A DNA stretch of 64,000 nt from Octopus bimaculoides (Eukaryota). The translations under genes were made by a program, and so were the position numbers. The notes beneath the pieces are model-generated. The model was not told the origin of the DNA. It did no database searches and was given only the letters and a program-made list of their open reading frames with translations. Positions 1-64,000 of the stretch are shown here, in pieces. Positions within the stretch are counted from its first letter, which is position 1. Each line of letters begins with the position of its first letter. Location of the stretch: assembly GCF_001194135.2 (NCBI RefSeq), contig NC_068982.1, positions 129,020,491 to 129,084,490 on the forward strand, written 5' to 3'.

Positions 1-56249
<56,249 letters not shown>

Positions 56250-56351
56250 TTTGGAGTTTTGATTTTTTTGTGGTCTTAGACCACAAACTTATAATAATGA
56301 TACAGTCTTACTGGGCAGAGGACCCGTTTGCAATAGGCATGCATGCAGCAA

Positions 56352-56699
56352 CAGCTGATGGCACTTAAACGGCTCTAAACAATTCACACTAACTGAAACT
56401 AACTTTCAGCTGGAACCGCTTTTATAGGAAATTAGAAACCGCACAGAACTTAATATTATAGAGGGGTGTTCGGGTAGTAAGCTGTTGTATGAAAACGCAC
56501 TAAACTTTCAGACAATTAACTGTTACAAAAACATAGGGTACGGGAGTTGGTAAATAATTGAAATCTATTTACTTATATTGTAAAATAAATTATAATTTTA
56601 AAAATCAACTCTACCCGTACGAACATAGCATCCCTCATTGAAAGTAAAAGAGACCACGCATCTTAGTAAGCTAGTAGGCCCCACCTACCCCATATAAGG
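56352..56699 (-). promoter_or_regulatory. Predicted core and proximal promoter of the titin-like gene
   Basis: Minus strand: TATAAAA 56426-56420; Inr-like TCAGTT with A at 56394 (32 nt from TATA); E-boxes CAGCTG at 56407-56412 and 56352-56357; perfect CArG CCATATAAGG at 56690-56699. Confidence 0.62.
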
Positions 56700-57585
56700 T
56701 AAAGACGCAAAAAATAGGAAACATATACCGCAATAACTAGTTGCGAAGTTAGTATCAGAGAACAGTAGTCGCTACAAGAATCAGCGAGCAAGCATCTAGG
56801 TTTTTTTTATATTTTTTATAAACATTCAAACGAGGATGGTAAACAAGTTACACAGACGAAAAACTGATTTTATAGAAAAAATAAATACTTGTCAACATTA
56901 CATTACATAATAATATAGGAACATTCGTTTTGTTTTGTTTTCATACAGACTTAATTTTAATGAGTAATATGAAACTATTACAGCTTGAGTAATAGAACAA
57001 TTCGACGCAGTCTTCCTGTGAAAAACTTTTTTATAAAAATAAAGAATGAATAAACGGTACATGTGTACAGAAATGGACTAAAAATACCTTGTGATGTTTG
57101 GTTACGTTCGGAGTTTGTACCCCACCAGAACTCGTTTTGTCTCTCTTTTTGAGAATCGATCGAAAATCACTACACTTCTTCCCCACAAATTTGTTGCCAA
57201 ATTTAAAAATTATTATTATTGTATACTTTTATCTCATTTTCCCCTCTCCCTTTCTTCCCTTCATCTACCTTCCCCATTCGATTTGTAAACTGTCCTTGTA
57301 ATGTCTCCCCCATCTGATGCCCCTGCTCAAATAAAAAAAATTATTATTATTATTACTATTATTGTTAATATTGTTGTTCAAATTCTACCGATGTCGACTT
57401 TGCCTCTCCTTCTATTGGGTGCGATAAAATATATCTAAAATTTTATTGCCTTCACAGTGTTTACCGTTTTACAAAAACAAACTAGAAAATTGGACCAAAC
57501 AGAAAACACAATTGAAAAAATTAAAAAGAGAAAAAAGGAAAAAAAAACAATTCACCACCTTGGGTTGAAAAGTTGGGAAACCTTT

Positions 57586-58060
57586 CTAATGGCTATTGAG
57601 ATACGCCAACACGCTTGCAACGTTGCCGCGGTTGCTGGCGGGGCTGATGCACTGGAACAGCCAAGCACCCTCACGAGCCCAGTTACCTCTGCAAGGCGAG
57701 TTGCCAGTTAAGACAGCAATCTCGCAGTTAGTTGTCCGACCCCACCAAACGTCTCGAACGCCACAGGATGGAAAATGTAGTTGGCCGACAGGTTGCGGTA
57801 TTTCAGGATTTTGTTCCGCTCGGCCGCAGAAGCTGTGGATCTCGTTCTGACCCCAGCATCCAGGATGTGACAAGAAGCAAAGAAGTCGTTAACTGTGACA
57901 TCCCAGACAAGGCATCTGCCTTGCGACCAGGGGCACAGGGGGAGGCTGTCAGGTCTCTTCTCATCACATCTGGACAATCCAGATGGTTCCAAGATGGAGG
58001 GATGTATGCCCGGACCAAGCTCCTCTTGAGTATCAGGTTCAACTCCGCATGACGCGCGAA
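57586..58060 (-). mobile_element. CRE-clade-like non-LTR retrotransposon, 3' fragment (restriction-like endonuclease)
   Basis: KRPDSL..CPWSQGRCLVWDVTV...ASAAERNKILKY...YIFHPVAFETFG and, after a frameshift, NRGNVASVL. Confidence 0.8.
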
Positions 58061-60624
58061 GCGACCAGCATTCTAGCGGCAAGAAAGGCCATGGAGGTCT
58101 GTGGAGTCGAGGAACCTTTTTTTTTTTTTCATTTTTCAGACTAGCGACCTGCGTTTTGTGGCCAATCCAGAATTGCATCAGACTGCTTAGATTGATCGAT
58201 TTAGTTTATTCGCTTTCATAATCACAAATAGGTAAACAAAAAAAAAAAAAATTGACACGGGTCCATCTGAATCCAATATTTTAACTCTGAGTAGTTCCGA
58301 TTTTGCTTAGGTAGTGCTATTTATTTATTGCAGTTAAATTTTAGTTATGGTTATTAAAATGGTTATTAAATTTAGTTATTAAAATTTGAAACAAATATAT
58401 CAAAACATTTTTTTTAAATTCTATACAGGAAAAAAAATTGAGGTTATTATTTTGTTTTTATGGAAGTTTATTTACGTACGTACGTGCATACATACATACA
58501 TACACACACACATACATACATACATACATACATACATACATACATACAATATGTGTATATATACACATACCTATTATAGATAGATAGATAGATAGATAGA
58601 GTGGTATCTATTGATGTTTATGTTCCTCCTGAACATACATATTCTAGCTTTGTACCCGTCAAAATGGCGTTATTTCTCGCTTTTCAGTAATTCTTAATCG
58701 TTTTGCTTAAAGTCTCGCTCCATTTTCTTATATTTCGTGTACTTTTACACTTCTTTTCTGCAATTCACATCCAGTACACTGGCATAGATGATTCTTTATT
58801 GGCTCCAAACATTTAGAGTTATATACCACTGGGACAGCTTTGGTCGAGCATGGATGAGGAAAGCTTTTTCTCGGTGCTAACTGCCATTTTGTTTAACAAT
58901 AAGGCAAAGCCTTAGCAAAATCAGAGTAGTGTGTGATTTCATAGAGTCTTACCTGCTAATTCTAGCGTGTCGATCCATTATGCAACGCCGTAGCTTGAGA
59001 GTGTGCTGCCTGGAGCAGTCCTTTCCGAACCCCCAATTTTATACAGGTTTATACAGAAGGCCCAAAAGCGTCGCCCAGTTCAAGCCGTCCTCTCCATCAA
59101 TGTTACTGAGACTATATAGAGATCCTTTTATTTGCTGACATTTAATCCCAGGTCAAGCCTGATCGAGTAGACCTTCGATAAACGGTATTCCAGTTATGAA
59201 CATGTTATATTATTTGTATATCAAGGAACTGCATTTTCCAATGCATAAGACGTGTCGTTTGAAGGAAATCAGGTTGCTATTTCTAAATGGTTATAGCGAC
59301 TGCACTGACGCAACTCTCCTTGGATCCAAATTCTTTTTAACTGTTATTTAGTCGCAAATCATCCTTGTTGGAATAGATTTAAGATAAACAGCATTCTACC
59401 TACGACTACCTTTGTCCTTTTACCACAGTGAACCACATCATGAAATGTTCCTTTTAAAGCGGCAGAGCTCACATTTGCACTCCAGCGGCGTGTATGCCGT
59501 CCGAAGGAGACCTTGAATTTGCCCTCTCATCCCGAGTCTCCACGCCTATACAAGCTTATAGAGCAGATCGAAAGGTGCCACCCCTACAAAAGCGTCTTCC
59601 AGAACAGACACACTCTCGCTCCTCACTCTTAAGCTACGCTACTGTCACACTCACATATACACCCTATTGTCTCCCCCCCCCCCGCAAAAAAACAAAAGAT
59701 TTGATTGATATATGTATATATGTGTGCGTATGAATGTTTACACTCGAGGGTGTGCGTATCACAATAAAACACAACTGTGTATGTTTCTTTACAATTTATG
59801 TGTGCGCGTGTGTATGTATTCCGTATGTATATGTGGTTGTATGCATGTGTTCACCCAAGAATCTCAAAAGGAGAAGCCCTCAAATGTTTTACAAATTTCC
59901 AGTCTTCCTCCAATCCAGAGGTCGGCGAACCAGGGTAAAAATGAAATTCTAGAGGGTGGTATGGTGTTGTCTAGTGGTCAATCAGATATTATTTGTTACC
60001 TGCCTTAACCTTATTTTTTTGAGATACGTGTGTTTTTGCTTTGTTTGAGTAGATTTAAGTAGTTATTCAATTCAACCCTTTAACAAAATTGATTGGACCC
60101 CGAAAACTGTATCCAAATTGTTCTGGCATCAAAATGCCCCAATTTTGATGCAATTGTAACACAAATGAAGCAACGTCATTTCTTGAAAACCTGAAGTGAA
60201 AAAGTTCCTAGAAAAATCCTTTTGTTTCATAATGAGGATATTAATTTATTTTATCGAGTTAGTTTTCTACTTTTTATATTTACGTATATCTCCATATAAA
60301 CAGATTCAATAAACCTTTTGAATACAAAGAATCTATTATTTTCGTCCTTTCGAATCAAGGAGGTAACTTCGGTGTAAATAAATATACCTTTGGGTAATTG
60401 GTCAAAAAGTTCCCTGACCCCCTGCTCTAATCTATTGTGTGTGGAAAATACTTATCAATTTGCGTTGTTCTTTGGAAAACCCAAGCATTTCTAGGATTCT
60501 ACGGAAATCAGTTGTTTGGTAGCCCAATGCACCTTTGTTAATAGGAATAAATGTATGTTTGTATGAATGTATGCATGCATGCGTGTATGTATGTATGTAT
60601 GTATGTATGTATGCATGTATGTCT

Positions 60625-60975
60625 GATCTTTTACTTGTTTCGGTCATTAGACTGCGACCATGCTGGGGTACCGCCTTGAGAAATTTTTAGTTGAATGAAT
60701 CGACCCCAGTCCTTGTTTTAAACCTGATACTTATTCCATCGATCTGTTTTGCCGAACCGCTAAGTTACAGGGACGTAAACTCATAAACACCAGTTGTCAA
60801 AAGGTGGTGGGGAACAAACACAGACACAAAGACACACACACAGATATGTATGTATTACGACGGGCTTCTTTCAGTTTCCGTCTATCAAATCCACTCACAA
60901 GGGTTTGGTCAGCCCGAGGTTACAGTAAGCGATACTTGCCCAAGATTCTTAACACACAGCCACGCCTGCGCCTAT
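60625..60975 (-). mobile_element. SINE family C (CpG-intact)
   Basis: Head GGCGCAGGCGTGGCTGTGTG on the minus strand; colinear with the other family C copies. Confidence 0.75.
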
Positions 60976-63900
60976 GCGTGTATTATGAGTGTATGTATAT
61001 AGATAAATGTGTTTGTGTGTGAGATTGCATGGCGTGAGTATTTACTTTCTCTTTGTCTCCTTACTCCAGCTATTTTAGTTCTAACTGTTCCGCCTCTCTC
61101 AAAAGAACCACAAATTGCTTTCACTTAGAAAACGAATAGTGGTGTCAATGATTCTGAATTTCGAGAAACCAGCGACACCAATTCCGGGGAATTACTCCCT
61201 GAAAATGCTCAGTCAAAGAATTACTCAGAGCCAATGGATAACAACAACAGGAGCGGTCCCATTCTCATTCCCATTCCTAATGTATCATTTGAATGTAGTG
61301 GAGGTCTCTTGCTGCTAAAGGAGTGCCTTAGCAATGAGATGTGAAGTGGTCTGAGATAACATTCACTCTATTGCAGGCATTGGGGTTCTTATCAGTTTCT
61401 TCGCAAAGTTATTTTGTAACTATGAATAATTACAAACATAGCCATGTGACTGCGCGCGCGCGCATGTGTGTGTGCGTGGGTATGTGGGTGTGTGGGTGTG
61501 CGCGCGTATTAGTGCTGAAGTATAATAGATACAATAATTTAGACCAATTGGGGGATTTGGGAAAGAATTATTGATGCATGTAGTGTTATAAAACCAAGAG
61601 CTTCTTCTGCGAAGCCATGATGAGTGCGTTTGAAAAATTAACTTTTGTGCTGTGTACGCGTCTTGTGTTTTCACACAGACACACCTGCGTGCGCACACAC
61701 ATTCACGCGCTCGCGCGCGCACGGACACAGTCGTGTATATACATATTCTAATTGGATTTGATGGCTGAGGAAAGTTACGTTAGGCTTCGAAGATGTATTT
61801 CAACTGAGTGAGTTAAATCCTAAGTTCAGTAGTTTTTCTTGAGCTTTAAGACTCATAAGGCTTGTTCCCCGCTTCCCATGTATAAATGACCGCGATCACA
61901 ACATTCCCCTTGAATGAGGCGCCAGTCCGTTGCAAGATTCAAGACCACCAATTTTGCGGGGGAAAGAACAAGACGATTACATTTTAGTTTATTTTTGCCA
62001 GTTAATGTTATTTGCAATCCATTTTATGAAAAGAAAAGGGCTAATGTTTTTAAATTTATTTCTGAGTGAATGTTTATACCAGAATAGTAAGTTCAATACG
62101 GACTGCATCTCAGTGTCCCAATAACCACCAAACACCAATTCAGATGTGTGCGTATGTTCTCTTTAAAAAAAATCTATTTCTCTCCGAATTCCAAACCATA
62201 TGAGATGCAAACTTTCTCTAGATCGAACTCTATTACGTAACTTTCTTAAATAGTATAATATCTATTCTACACCAGGCTAAACATCTTTTAGTAAAGAACA
62301 AATGAAACATCTGCAATAATACGTTACTTATCTAGTCGGTTATTTGGTATTTACTTATATTATCAATATAAGTTACAGTAAAGATACACGATTTCTGACT
62401 TTTATGAAATTTATTGTGAAAAATATATATCTGCCCTAAAACTATTGGACTGATAATGTAAATGAATTTATACTCCTGCGAAACCATTGCAACAAGCCAA
62501 GAATGGCAATACTAAGTCAATTTACAGCTGAGAGACAGACAAAAGAAGAATTTAAAACAGGCATGGGCAGTCTTTTTCGAGAAGCGGGTCGTATGAGACA
62601 TGGTTCATCATCAGGCGGTCCGCATTACTGAAAGAAGTGAAGGTAATTTTTCGTTAAGCGTGGTATTCGGAAACTCTTGCGGGTCTCAAGCTGCCCATGA
62701 CTGATTTGTAAAAAACAAACTCATTGTCGAATGTGATCCGAACATTGTCATTTTATAAGATTTTGCTGGCAAAATTTAAAATTAACATAGACATTTATTT
62801 ACATGAAAGAAAAATACCGGAAGACTTTCATCTTGTAGTGACGTCATATTGGCGCCAAAAAGGCATAGTCGCCATTGCTGCATCCTTATCCACGCATGCG
62901 TGGAATTCAACATCTGAAACGTTCCCGCTCTTTTCATACTCTTTCTCGGCCGGCCGGCCATGAGCATGGACGTGTCAAGCAGTGTCTCCAACATTCCAAC
63001 TCTGGAGCTAGACAAATAACCTCTCAACATCATTGACGGCGTCTCAGCAACCAAAGGGCGAAGTGCTGCCTATTTCCTCTGTAAATAAATATTGTTGTGT
63101 TGATAGTTCAGAGTCTGCGTTCCGTTGTTTCTTTTGAATTTAATATAGGAAAGCGGGTGTACACCTAATGGTGTATAACCACTTTCCTATAATTGGTGAC
63201 CCCGAAAAAAAAGAATGAATCGCAGCCACGGATTCTGATCTACCGACCAATAATACTACACTGCCGCCGCTGACATAAGTAAATACGGCATTTCGAACAG
63301 CTACCCGACTCAAGAACAAACGCAGCCCAGAGATTTCCTCAAAGTGGTGGCCCCGAATAAAGAACGACTGCAGCCGAAAATCTGAACTGCGACCAATAAT
63401 ACTACAATTGGTACCTTGAGCTAAAAGATCTACGGACCTCATTTCAACAGCCATTGAATTCGTATGTTTCGCGACGTTCAACATCAGGATTGCCTCTACA
63501 CTTTCATCAAACACAAGTGAAAAGCTAAGAAAATTTTTTCTACGTTAAAGTTTTTCCTTTTGTCAATGACTTCCAGAGTCTATAACCAAAAACTTCTTTA
63601 TTGCTAAGACCTTTGTGGTTTTTCACACAAAAAACTTCACGGTTATTTCATCTTAACAATTTTTTGAGCAATTTCCTACATGTTTCACGAGACGTCAATT
63701 CATTCTTACACAGCGTCCTCTACTTGCTGAAAATAGCAGTAAAATGCACAGTTACATTTCAGTCTCCGAATTCATGACAGCATTTCACAATGCCACTCAA
63801 CGGTACCTCTCAAATAGACGCCCGCACAATTTTACTCAGTCTGCCTGTGAATATATTCACCACAGTTTTCACAGTGAGATATTAACTCTACAGCATTTTC

Positions 63901-64000
63901 GAACAGCTATCCGACCAAGAACTAACCGGATAACTCTATGGAAGCCCACACGAGCAACGTTTTTCGACAGTCATAGATTGAACTTTCTTTGCATGCACCT

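Noticed and set aside
62782-63514. 90-aa and 124-aa minus-strand ORFs
   Set aside because: TTG or weak starts, no domain, no convincing splice sites; short internal repeats suggest non-coding or repeat origin.

Overview
Eukaryotic, AT-rich genomic DNA with four N gaps (20067-20186, 28425-29084, 36060-36775, 37315-37856). The repeat families and microsatellite load suggest an octopus genome; this is inference, not a database result. Most of the window (1-56.4 kb, minus strand) is the 5' part of one large intron-rich titin-like gene. I traced 36 coding exons by hand, all with GT-AG sites and matching phases (6807 nt, 2269 codons), from an ATG at 56249 to beyond the left edge. The protein has a CCDC141/Zormin-type spectrin-repeat N-terminus, then 9 I-set Ig domains and Pro-rich PEVK-like segments. 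One expected exon appears to be hidden in the 28.4-29.1 kb gap. A TATA/Inr/E-box/CArG promoter sits at 56.35-56.7 kb. The introns hold SINEs, Penelope-like, RTE, CRE and maT/mariner remnants, several MITEs and many fold-back palindromes. The most unusual items are a 596-bp TIR element with a perfect telomere-repeat palindrome at its centre, an ~880-bp palindrome of two GIY-YIG ORFs, and a candidate alternative-start microexon. No prokaryotic features, CRISPR arrays, rRNA or true tRNA genes were seen.
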